A stretch of 60,396 nucleotides of DNA. Origin: a bacterium. GTDB taxonomy: Bacteria > CLD3 > SB21. The position numbers and the translations under genes were made by a program. Shown piece after piece: positions 43,144 through 51,789 of this stretch. Where the stretch lies: assembly GCA_016787925.1 (NCBI GenBank), contig JAEUSK010000175.1, positions 1 through 60,396 on the forward strand, written 5' to 3'. The notes under the pieces were generated by a model, which saw only the letters and a program-made list of their open reading frames with translations, was not told the DNA's origin and did not search any database. The first letter of the stretch is position 1; every line of letters starts with the position of its first letter.

Positions 43144-43389
43144 CTAGTCCTTCTTCCCGGAATCAGCCTTCTTTTCTTTTTTTTCACCATTTGAGCCGTT
43201 CGATGCTCCGGTTTTCTTATAATCAGTTATGTAAAAGCCGGACCCTTTGAACATAAGGCCAGACCCCGCTCCGATCATTCGTGCTGAAGGTTTTCCGCAA
43301 GTCGGACATGTCGTTGACGGTACATCGCTGATACGTTGGAACTCTTCGAATACATGCCCTTCCGGACATTTGAAATCATAAGTTGGCAT
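43144..43389 (-). CDS. FmdB family zinc-ribbon protein
   Basis: MPTYDFKC..GH.FE, CPTCG, FKGSGFYITDY. Confidence 0.88.
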   Translation of the reverse strand: MPTYDFKCPEGHVFEEFQRISDVPSTTCPTCGKPSARMIGAGSGLMFKGSGFYITDYKKTGASNGSNGEKKEKKADSGKKD

Positions 43390-43406
43390 ACATTGTTCTT
43401 TCGTAT

Positions 43407-45317
43407 TTACTTCTTTTCTTTATCGTCAACTACTTCATAATCGGCCTCTTCCACTTTCTTGCCCTGATCACCTTCCGCGGCCTCTTGACCCGGTTGCGCC
43501 GCTTGAGCACCTGCTCCCGCCTGATACATTTTTGTGGAAATTTCATTCCACACGCTTTCCAATGATCCGGATGCAGATTTGATGTCATCGACGTTATTTG
43601 AAGCGATTGCGTCGCGTAATTTCTGCAATTCAGTTTCAAGGCGGCTCTTGGAGTCGGCGTCAATTTTATCGCCAAATTCTTTAATGTTCTTTTCCGTTTG
43701 ATACGCAAGGCTTTCACCATGATTTTTCGCATCAATTCTATCCCGACTGCGCTTGTCTTCGTCAGCGTGTTCTTTTGCCTGGTTAACCATGCGCTCGATT
43801 TCTTCAGAATTCAATCCCGACGATGATTCAATTCGAATGCTTTGTTCTTTGTTGGTCGCTTTATCCTTCGCGAGCACATGCAAAATGCCATTGGCATCAA
43901 TATCAAACGTCACTTCGATCTGAGGCACTCCGCGCGGCGCAGGAGGGATTCCGACTAATTCGAATCGTCCGATTTCCCGGTTGTCCGTAAAGAGCTGACG
44001 TTCGCCCTGCCCTACGCGAATAGTTACCGCGGTTTGGCTGTCAGCCGCAGTAGAAAATATCTCGCTTTTCTTCGTTGGGATCGTCGTATTACGCGGAATC
44101 ATTGTTGTGAATACTCCGCCGAGCGTTTCGATTCCAAGCGACAACGGCGTCACATCGAGTAACAACACATCCTTAACTTCGCCGGCCAATACGGCGCCTT
44201 GAATTGCCGCGCCGACCGCAACAACCTCGTCCGGATTGACGCCTTTATGCGGTTCTTTTTTGAAGAGGTCCTGAACCAGCTGTTGTATCTTTGGTATACG
44301 CGTCGAGCCTCCTACGAGAATCACTTCATCAATTTGCGAATACTGCAGTCCCGCGTCTTTCATAGCCTGCTCAACCGGGCGAACGGTTCGCTGTATAAGA
44401 TCTTCGCAGATTTGTTCAAATTTCGCGCGCGTCAAGACAATATCCAAGTGTTTAGGCACGGAATCCACCGCTGTAACATACGGCAAATTGATCTGTGTCT
44501 GCATCGAGCTGGATATTTCTATCTTCGCTTTTTCAGCTGCATCTTTTAACCGCTGCAGCGCCATGGCGTCTTTACGCAGATCTATACCTTCATTCTTCTT
44601 GAATTCATCTGCGAGCCAGTTTACGACGCGCTCGTCAAAATCGTCTCCGCCCAGATGCGTGTCGCCGTTTGTCGAGAGAACTTCGAACACGCCGTCTCCA
44701 ATTTCCAAAATTGAAATATCAAAAGTGCCTCCTCCTAAATCGTATACCGCTATCTTCTCATTTGATTTCTTGTCAAGTCCATATGCTAATGCAGCTGCAG
44801 TCGGTTCATTTAAAATCCGCAACACATTGAGGCCCGCTATTTTACCCGCGTCCTTCGTTGCCTGCCGTTGTGCGTCATTGAAATAGGCTGGAACCGTAAC
44901 AACAGCATCCGTCACGGCTTGTCCCAAATAATCCTCAGCTGTCTGTTTCATTTTCTGCAATACCATTGCGGAAATCTCAGGAGGTGAAAAAACCTGATCA
45001 TTAATCTTCACGCGCGCCGAATTTCCGTCGCCGCTGATAACCTCATATGGCACTTTTTGACGCTCTTCTACTACTTCATCATGGCGCCGCCCCATGAATC
45101 GTTTGATTGAAAAAATCGTATTTTTTGGATTGGTAATGGCCTGCCGTTTGGCCGGGCCGCCGATAATTCTTTCGCCAACTTTTGTGAATGCGACAACTGA
45201 CGGCGTCGTGCGTCCGCCTTCAGCATTTGCAATGACAACAGGCTGTCCGCCTTCCATAATTGCAACGCAAGAATTAGTTGTTCCAAGATCGATTCCTATG
45301 ACTTTTCCTTTGGTCAT
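43407..45317 (-). CDS. dnaK: Chaperone DnaK (Hsp70)
   Basis: [33 protein letters not shown]. Confidence 0.98.
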   Translation of the reverse strand: MTKGKVIGIDLGTTNSCVAIMEGGQPVVIANAEGGRTTPSVVAFTKVGERIIGGPAKRQAITNPKNTIFSIKRFMGRRHDEVVEERQKVPYEVISGDGNSARVKINDQVFSPPEISAMVLQKMKQTAEDYLGQAVTDAVVTVPAYFNDAQRQATKDAGKIAGLNVLRILNEPTAAALAYGLDKKSNEKIAVYDLGGGTFDISILEIGDGVFEVLSTNGDTHLGGDDFDERVVNWLADEFKKNEGIDLRKDAMALQRLKDAAEKAKIEISSSMQTQINLPYVTAVDSVPKHLDIVLTRAKFEQICEDLIQRTVRPVEQAMKDAGLQYSQIDEVILVGGSTRIPKIQQLVQDLFKKEPHKGVNPDEVVAVGAAIQGAVLAGEVKDVLLLDVTPLSLGIETLGGVFTTMIPRNTTIPTKKSEIFSTAADSQTAVTIRVGQGERQLFTDNREIGRFELVGIPPAPRGVPQIEVTFDIDANGILHVLAKDKATNKEQSIRIESSSGLNSEEIERMVNQAKEHADEDKRSRDRIDAKNHGESLAYQTEKNIKEFGDKIDADSKSRLETELQKLRDAIASNNVDDIKSASGSLESVWNEISTKMYQAGAGAQAAQPGQEAAEGDQGKKVEEADYEVVDDKEKK

Positions 45318-45410
45318 GATTCTACTCCTTTTTATGTTCTTTCTTCAATTTATTTCTTACTTATATGTAAAATTATCGCAGTTGCACAAACTTGTACAAT
45401 TACCAGTCAT

Positions 45411-45426
45411 TGCAAACCCTATACCG
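45411..45426 (-). promoter_or_regulatory. sigma54 (-24/-12) promoter upstream of dnaK
   Basis: Minus strand CGGTATAGGGTTTGCA = GG-N10-GC with TTGCA, about 95 nt before the dnaK ATG. Confidence 0.6.
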
Positions 45427-45447
45427 CGCAAAATCATGTATTTTTAC

Positions 45448-45529
45448 GCATTTATGTCCATAATTTGTCTCCTTCGTGTCAATTAATCATGCATTTATGT
45501 CAGTCAAAGCTCTTTCATGTCATTATGTC
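45448..45529. repeat. Phased TGTC repeats and GCATTTATGTC direct repeat upstream of the dnaK promoter
   Basis: TGTC at 45455, 45466, 45477, 45498, 45518, 45526; GCATTTATGTC at 45448 and 45491. Confidence 0.55.
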
Positions 45530-45629
45530 TGATTACGACGAGTATTTCATTTGAAAAATTGCTTTGAAAATGAGTGAAACTATGTTAGATTTATCATGAA
45601 TTTGATCATCAATTGACTGGAAATTTATT

Positions 45630-46949
45630 TTGCAGTACGCGACGTCAAACATTCTTTGGTTGTTGCTTTTACATGGAATTATTTGCAACGAAACCCTTGC
45701 CGCTCAGGTTCGATATAATTTAAGTCCTACCCCTGTCTTTGGTGGAAAAGGACATATCTATTTTAACGGAACCGCCGACAGCGCATACGCAAGTCCCGGA
45801 AATACTGCAAATGGAAATGAAAACCTGGAGCAACGCGTCATTGATGCGGTCAATAACGCAAGGAAGAGCATTGATCTGGCTGCTTTTGAATTAAACAGCC
45901 TAAATATTGTAGTGGCTCTTTGTCAGGCGAAAGTCAGAGGAGTAAGAGTTCGCATAATATTTGACGATGAAAGTGCACCGAATAATAACAAAGACCTTTG
46001 GAAAGTTGCCCGCAGTCTTCTTCAGAACAAATATCAAATACCCATGCTAAGCGATGCCGGCTGGCCAGCTGTAAAATCCAAAAAGAATTTCTACAAAGGG
46101 CGAAGCGCTTTCATGCATAACAAATTCTTGGTGACAGATTATCTCACAGCGGATTCGACGGATGATGTAGTGATTACCGGATCATATAATTTTACCATCA
46201 CGGGTATGGTCAGCATGCAAAACGTGATAAAAGTTCAAAACCGCGCCCTGGCAAGGGCATATACAGAAGAATTTGAAACTATGTGGGGCGGTACTGGTGA
46301 AACTCCAGATACTTTAACGGCTGCGTTTCATCAATACAAGAAAAAATCGTCAAATGCGAAAACTTTGGTTGGAGCCAAAAGCAGAGTCGAAGCTTATTTT
46401 GCTCCGATGAGCAAAGATAAGAGTCGGCCTAGTTTGCTCGAAATTGTTGCGGATCTGATTTCCAAAGAGGCCGATCATGACATTAAGATATGCGCGTTCT
46501 CTTTCAGTACCGGCGTAGAGATTGACGAGGCAATCCGTGAAAAATTTGAATTAAAAAACCTGGACCTTAAAGCGGTTTTTGACAAAACCGGCAGAACTTC
46601 CCACGGCCTCTACAGCGCAATGACATTAGATTCAATTTCACGTAACCCTTGGGCCAAAAAAGCGGAAGCCTTTCTTGCCCATGAAGATCGCCAGCTTCAC
46701 CATAAGTACATTCTCATTGACGCTGAAAATCCGGATACGGAAGATATCCCTGTCCTCATTACAGGCTCATTTAATTTCAGCAAGAATGCCAATGAGGCTA
46801 ATGACGATAATTTTCTCGTCATTTATGACAGACAGGCCGCTAATCAGTTCTTGCAGGAATTTTACGCACGTTTTAATTCGGCAAAAAAACATGCGCTGAG
46901 AAAAAGCATGTCCGCTGAGGTTGAATCAGAAAATGAAGATGTAGACTAA
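45630..46949 (+). CDS. Secreted phospholipase D-like (two HKD) protein
   Basis: Signal peptide; HNKFLVTD..ITGSYNFT and HHKYILID..ITGSFNFS. Confidence 0.85.
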   Translation: MQYATSNILWLLLLHGIICNETLAAQVRYNLSPTPVFGGKGHIYFNGTADSAYASPGNTANGNENLEQRVIDAVNNARKSIDLAAFELNSLNIVVALCQAKVRGVRVRIIFDDESAPNNNKDLWKVARSLLQNKYQIPMLSDAGWPAVKSKKNFYKGRSAFMHNKFLVTDYLTADSTDDVVITGSYNFTITGMVSMQNVIKVQNRALARAYTEEFETMWGGTGETPDTLTAAFHQYKKKSSNAKTLVGAKSRVEAYFAPMSKDKSRPSLLEIVADLISKEADHDIKICAFSFSTGVEIDEAIREKFELKNLDLKAVFDKTGRTSHGLYSAMTLDSISRNPWAKKAEAFLAHEDRQLHHKYILIDAENPDTEDIPVLITGSFNFSKNANEANDDNFLVIYDRQAANQFLQEFYARFNSAKKHALRKSMSAEVESENEDVD

Positions 46950-48508
46950 TAACGTTTCAATACGACCGGCTTACGAAACACTTCCTCAAATAGCCCCTTT
47001 TTCATATTCACGGCCCATTCTTCCAGATCTATCTTTGACGAAGCCTTGATCCTCAAAATAAAACTCCGTGGCTGAACTCTGCATTTAACGGACGACACTT
47101 TACTAATGTGGCTTCGATCAAGGCCGTCTGCCAATCGTAATATTCCTGCCAATTTCTTTACGGTCAATCTTTCATTTTCGGTTAAACGGCTGTATCCGTC
47201 ATGTTTGGGTTTCGGGTGGCTCTTTCGATGATAACGCGCGATATTTGCAATGATTTCTTTTTCGGTATCCGTAAAACCGGCCAATTCCGAATTACGTATC
47301 AAATAATAAGTATGGCGATGATGCTGAGCATGCGAAATAAAGAAACCAATCTCATGAAGTAATGCCGCATATTCAAGAAATTCTCTTTCCCGTTCTCCTA
47401 GCTTATGCAAATTCTTCGTCTGGTCAAAAATGCTCAATGATAATTTTACCGCCTGATTGGCATGATGTGTATCATAATTAAACGTCTTTGCTAATTGCGT
47501 TACGCTTTTGTATCGAATATTTGATAAATGATGATGATGGTCGACTTCATACAAACGGCTTTTCAAATAATCATAGATAATGCCCTCCCGAAGCGCAAAT
47601 TCAGAAACCGTGAGTTTTCTAATTCTTAGCAAACTAAATGATTCTTGTAATACGAGAGCGCCCGCAACAATTATGTCCACACGCTTAGGATCGAGCCCTG
47701 GAATTTGACTACGCTGGGCGTCGGTTCTTGCCCGCAATAGAATCTTCACAACCTTGTTGAGTTCATTTTTTGTAAATGAAAAATTATTAACCTGCAAACT
47801 CACGATTTCGCCGCGCATAGCCCGGATAATATTGGCTATGTTTTGTATCGTTCCTGAACTGCCAATTGCAAACTCATATCGGTATTTCTTGATCTCCCTG
47901 GCAACGGGCGAAATGAAACCAACAATGTGTTCGCGGCAAGCCTTAATATCTTTATCTTTTAAACTGGACTTAGAAAAAAATCTCTCTGTTAATCGGATAC
48001 ATCCTATTTTTAGACTATTGGCATATAACGCCTCGCCTTTTGATCCGACCAGATATTCCACGCTGCCGCCGCCGATATCGAGACATAATACTTTCTTCTC
48101 AAAAACCGGCAGAGCCTGCAAGACGCCCAGATAAATCAGACGTGCTTCTTCAAATCCGGAAACCACCTCTACCGTGATGCCGGTACGCGCATGAACTTTC
48201 TTGACAAATTCGTTTTGATTTAATGCTTCGCGTACGGCGCTGGTTGCAACCGCCCGGATAGGGGCTTTATAACTTCGCGCTATTTCAACAAAGTGCTTTA
48301 AGGCCGTAATGCCGCGCGCTGTCGCGTCCGGGGTGATAGTCTTCATATCTTTACCGCCGCTGCCGAGACGTACGTTTTCTTTAGCGCGATCCAGAATTTT
48401 GACGTTCCCATCGGGGAGGATTTCTACAATCACCAGGTGAAAGGAATTGGTGCCAATATCAATCGCGGCGAGGTAATTATTTTTTTGATCAGTCTTTTTT
48501 TTTCTCAT
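46946..48508 (-). CDS. ppx: Ppx/GppA exopolyphosphatase with HD domain
   Basis: AIDIGTNS, ATSAVREA.N, EEARL, DIGGGS.E, ALREG, LLHEIG. Confidence 0.93.
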   Translation of the reverse strand: MRKKKTDQKNNYLAAIDIGTNSFHLVIVEILPDGNVKILDRAKENVRLGSGGKDMKTITPDATARGITALKHFVEIARSYKAPIRAVATSAVREALNQNEFVKKVHARTGITVEVVSGFEEARLIYLGVLQALPVFEKKVLCLDIGGGSVEYLVGSKGEALYANSLKIGCIRLTERFFSKSSLKDKDIKACREHIVGFISPVAREIKKYRYEFAIGSSGTIQNIANIIRAMRGEIVSLQVNNFSFTKNELNKVVKILLRARTDAQRSQIPGLDPKRVDIIVAGALVLQESFSLLRIRKLTVSEFALREGIIYDYLKSRLYEVDHHHHLSNIRYKSVTQLAKTFNYDTHHANQAVKLSLSIFDQTKNLHKLGEREREFLEYAALLHEIGFFISHAQHHRHTYYLIRNSELAGFTDTEKEIIANIARYHRKSHPKPKHDGYSRLTENERLTVKKLAGILRLADGLDRSHISKVSSVKCRVQPRSFILRIKASSKIDLEEWAVNMKKGLFEEVFRKPVVLKRY

Positions 48509-48533
48509 GGCATCGTATCGGTATGGAAATCAA

Positions 48534-49034
48534 TTAAGCCTGACTAATGATCTTTAACTGACGCGGCGTCAGATACCATTTTAGATTGCCGCGGGGCGTC
48601 GGCGTAAGGCGCTCCACATCGATCTTACACAAGCTTCCCTTTTTCAGCGCAAGGAACAGCTTACTATTTCCGACAAAATATCCGGCAAGCTTTCCAAGGT
48701 CAGGCTGATGTCCAACTAAGAGAACTTTGTAGTCATTCTGAAATGACTTGAAAGACTGCATCAGATCGGCAACAGACATTGGAATCGCTAAAGCAGCGCA
48801 GTTGTGGATTTTGTTCGTGCAATCCAGCACATCGCCTACAATTTCTGCGGTCTGTTTTGAACGCACGAGCGGGCTTGTTAAGACGACGTTAAAATGCAGT
48901 CCGAGTCTCTTCATTCCCTTGGCCTCATCGCGCATTAGCCCCACTCCGTCTTCGGTCAGCGGTCTGGCTGCGTCGGATCTAATCTTACCGCCGATATCTT
49001 CGGCAACACCATGGCGCAATAAATAAATTTCCAT
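48534..49034 (-). CDS. sixA: Phosphohistidine phosphatase SixA
   Basis: LLRHG, RPLT, SPLVRSKQTA, VGHQP. Confidence 0.9.
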   Translation of the reverse strand: MEIYLLRHGVAEDIGGKIRSDAARPLTEDGVGLMRDEAKGMKRLGLHFNVVLTSPLVRSKQTAEIVGDVLDCTNKIHNCAALAIPMSVADLMQSFKSFQNDYKVLLVGHQPDLGKLAGYFVGNSKLFLALKKGSLCKIDVERLTPTPRGNLKWYLTPRQLKIISQA

Positions 49035-49040
49035 TTTTTT

Positions 49041-50270
49041 CTAAGCTCCGAATTTTTTTAATTTGCCGGCATTAGCCAGCGCCAGTTCCATAATATAAAA
49101 CGACGGGAAATTACCCAATTGTCCTTTTGAACATTCAGTTTCATTAAAACCCTGTGCATCGTCGAAACTACATACGGCTGAATTAATCATGAATGGAACC
49201 GGATGCCAACTGTGGCTTTTCATCGGCGGCGGCGTGGAGTGATCGCCCGTCACCATGATCACGTCCGGATGCAATTCCCGTAACATTGGAATATGCCTAT
49301 CCACTTCTTCAAGTATCTTCATTTTACCTTCCGGATTCCCGTCTTCACCGTACGAATCTGTTTTCTTTATGTGAATAAAAAAGAAATCGTATTTGCTCCA
49401 ATTTTCTTTCAGAGTTTGAAATTCATCTGAAATCTCCATTCCCGTATGCAAAACATCCATGCCCACAACGCTTGCGACGCCGCGGTACAAGGGATAACTC
49501 GCTATACAAACCGGTGAGATATTGAATCGTTCTGACATCGAAGGCACATTCGGCAATACTGAAAATCCGCGCATGAGGATGCTATTGGCCTTAAGCTCAC
49601 CTTTTAAAACCTGATTTGCTTTGTGAATAAATTTATTTGCGATGAGCGCCATGCGTTTTGAGGCTGCATTATTTGCAACAGCCTGAAGCGCTTTGACGCC
49701 GGTAACTTGCGGATCGGTATCTTTGATACGCCCATCCAGTTTTTTCCCGCGAAAGACTACGACAAAACGGTATTGTTCCCCCGGCCTAATGATCACTTTA
49801 ACATCATCGATTTTTTTGATCTTGTTGGACAATAATTCACATAACCGCACGCATTCTTCTGTAGGAATACGTCCGGCACGCCGGTCTGTTAATAACCCTT
49901 TTTCATCGATCGTGGCAAAATTACATCTCGTTGCCACATCGCCGGCCTGTAATTTCATATCCAATCCGAGCGCCTCCAAGACGCCGCGGCCGATCTGAAT
50001 CTGGTCGTCGGTCGGATCATAACCGAATAAAGAAAAATGAGCCGGCCCGCTGCCGGGCGTTACGCCGTATGAAACCGGCATAATTCGCCCGCAAAGTGAT
50101 TCTTTTGCAAGCCTATTCAAATTAGGTATATTCGCTAATTCTAATTCGGTTTTAGGACGTTCATTCGTTCGTATACCGCCAAGCCCGTCCATTACTAAAA
50201 GTACGATCTTGGAATCGGTTTTTTGTGAGAGCATTTTGATTAAGTCACTGTGCACCATGGTGAGCCTCAT
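49041..50270 (-). CDS. apgM: 2,3-bisphosphoglycerate-independent phosphoglycerate mutase (ApgM type)
   Basis: MDGLGG, TPGSGPAH..LFGY, GRGVLEALG, DRRAGRI, GDHSTP, HSWHPVP. Confidence 0.9.
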   Translation of the reverse strand: MRLTMVHSDLIKMLSQKTDSKIVLLVMDGLGGIRTNERPKTELELANIPNLNRLAKESLCGRIMPVSYGVTPGSGPAHFSLFGYDPTDDQIQIGRGVLEALGLDMKLQAGDVATRCNFATIDEKGLLTDRRAGRIPTEECVRLCELLSNKIKKIDDVKVIIRPGEQYRFVVVFRGKKLDGRIKDTDPQVTGVKALQAVANNAASKRMALIANKFIHKANQVLKGELKANSILMRGFSVLPNVPSMSERFNISPVCIASYPLYRGVASVVGMDVLHTGMEISDEFQTLKENWSKYDFFFIHIKKTDSYGEDGNPEGKMKILEEVDRHIPMLRELHPDVIMVTGDHSTPPPMKSHSWHPVPFMINSAVCSFDDAQGFNETECSKGQLGNFPSFYIMELALANAGKLKKFGA

Positions 50271-50290
50271 TGGGTGTGGTTAGATGAAGA

Positions 50291-50319
50291 AATATACTTT
50301 TTTTTTTGATATGATTCAA
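50291..50319 (-). promoter_or_regulatory. sigma70-type promoter of apgM-sixA-ppx with A10 tract in spacer
   Basis: Minus strand TTGAAT-CATATCAAAAAAAAAAG (17 nt)-TATATT. Confidence 0.5.
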
Positions 50320-50471
50320 TATTTATGCAATGACCTGGCTTTGCGCCAAACGAATTCCTTCATCGTTTGGCTTTATAATAGCTGGTTTATTACATTCTCA
50401 CAGAGAGTGTGATTCCATGGTGTTATTTCGTTTTCTGATCATTTCTAAATTCGTAACTTAGAACTTCTATG

Positions 50472-50500
50472 TTGCATTTTTATTATGGGTTGAATATATT
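50472..50500 (+). promoter_or_regulatory. sigma70-type promoter of tRNA-Gln
   Basis: TTGCAT-17 nt-TATATT, ending 11 nt before the tRNA. Confidence 0.6.
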
Positions 50501-50511
50501 GAGCCGTTCTT

Positions 50512-50582
50512 TGGAATGTCGTCCAATGGTAGGACCATGGACTCTGGATCCATTAATCGGGGTTCGAATCCCTGCATTCCAG
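50512..50582 (+). tRNA. tRNA-Gln (anticodon CTG)
   Basis: Acceptor TGGAATG/CATTCCA, anticodon stem ATGGA/TCCAT with loop CTCTGGA, T-loop GTTCGAATC; CCA not encoded. Confidence 0.95.
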
Positions 50583-50588
50583 CAAAAC

Positions 50589-50619
50589 AAAGAGTAGCTG
50601 CCGCTACTCTTTTTTATTT
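50589..50619 (+). terminator. Intrinsic terminator after tRNA-Gln
   Basis: AAAGAGTAGC-TGCC-GCTACTCTTT followed by a T run. Confidence 0.8.
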
Positions 50620-50620
50620 G

Positions 50621-50649
50621 TTGCATTTAATTTCACAAAACAATACATT
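50621..50649 (+). promoter_or_regulatory. sigma70-type promoter of tatA
   Basis: TTGCAT-17 nt-TACATT. Confidence 0.45.
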
Positions 50650-50697
50650 CGATTGTGTAAAAAATCGCTTTATTAACTCCCATTGGAGGTGTTTCTC

Positions 50698-50883
50698 ATG
50701 AATTTAGGTATGCCAGAGATCATTATCATTTGTATCGCAGTTTTAGTTCTTTTCGGCGCTAAGAAAATACCGGAATTTGCCCAAGGCCTGGGTAAAGGTA
50801 TCAGAGAATTCAAACGCGCGATGCATTCGACCGAAGAAGAGATCAAAAAAGGAATTACTGAAGATCCGGATAAGAAATCATAA
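50698..50883 (+). CDS. tatA: Twin-arginine translocase TatA/TatE
   Basis: MNLGMPEIIII..LFGAKKIPE...LGKGIREFK; ATG 50698 after GGAGG. Confidence 0.93.
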   Translation: MNLGMPEIIIICIAVLVLFGAKKIPEFAQGLGKGIREFKRAMHSTEEEIKKGITEDPDKKS

Positions 50884-50909
50884 TAAATTTCGGAAACTAT
50901 ATTTTTCAG

Positions 50910-50951
50910 AAATCCCGATCATCCGACTTGTCGGTGTGTCGGGATTTTTTT
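50910..50951 (+). terminator. Terminator after tatA
   Basis: AAATCCCGA..TCGGGATTT stem with inner CCGAC/GTCGG pairing, followed by a T run. Confidence 0.65.
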
Positions 50952-51017
50952 ATAGGATAACTATCGGGACGAGACGCGTTAACCAGTGACGAAAGGTTAT
51001 AAAATGACGAACGCTCT

Positions 51018-51719
51018 ATGAAAGTAGATGCGATAATTTGGGACTACGATGGTACTTTGGTAAATTCAGTGCCAAAAAACCTTGACGTTACCAAACAGAT
51101 CCTTTCTGTTGTTGCTCCTCGCCTAACTGGTGAACATTTACCGAACAGCCTGAAAAGCGAGTTCGTCTACCGCACAGCCAATCATCAAGCCAAAAATTGG
51201 CAGGATTTGTATGTTTCTTATTTTGGAATGACTGAAACTGAAATGCTTGAAGCGGGAAAATTGTGGACGGAATACCAATTGAAAAACTCGACACCTGTAG
51301 AATTGTTTCCCTTGATAAGACAAACCATTGATCAAATTGGTGTGCCGCAAGGGATTTGTTCCCAGAATTCCTCGGAAAACATAAATCGAGCGTTAAAGAA
51401 AAATAATTTATCTCATAAATTTAGTTCAATCGTCGGATACGACGACATTCCACATAATGAGCAAAAACCATCCGGATTTGGCGGAATAAAGTGTCTGGAG
51501 CAGCTATTGGACACGATAACGGAGAAATCTATACTTTATATTGGCGACCATGAGATGGATGTCGAATTTGCAAGAAACCTAAAAGAGAGATTGTCCGATA
51601 ACAGCACAGTGGTTTCAATAGTTGTCAAATATAGCGGGGCGGATACAACATCGTGGATACACAAACCTGATTTTGAAATTTCTTCGCCGCCTGAGTTATT
51701 GCATATAATCAATACTTAA
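51018..51719 (+). CDS. HAD family hydrolase
   Basis: WDYDGTL motif I, KP motif III, YIGDHEMD motif IV. Confidence 0.87.
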   Translation: MKVDAIIWDYDGTLVNSVPKNLDVTKQILSVVAPRLTGEHLPNSLKSEFVYRTANHQAKNWQDLYVSYFGMTETEMLEAGKLWTEYQLKNSTPVELFPLIRQTIDQIGVPQGICSQNSSENINRALKKNNLSHKFSSIVGYDDIPHNEQKPSGFGGIKCLEQLLDTITEKSILYIGDHEMDVEFARNLKERLSDNSTVVSIVVKYSGADTTSWIHKPDFEISSPPELLHIINT

Positions 51720-51789
51720 TGCTCTTGTGAACCGTCTACCTTTTACGAATAAATTTCTGCGGGCGTTCTGATTTGTTTTAAACAATTAA

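Noticed and set aside
45318-45629. CIRCE or sigma32 elements upstream of dnaK
   Set aside because: No TTAGCACTC-N9-GAGTGCTAA and no CCCCAT -10 element found.
50516-50701. 61-aa ORF
   Set aside because: Lies over tRNA-Gln and its terminator.
50960-51760. HAD gene as an integron cassette or tRNA-targeted island
   Set aside because: A GCGTTAAC core-like site exists upstream, but there is no matching attC after the gene, no integrase and no tRNA 3' duplication.
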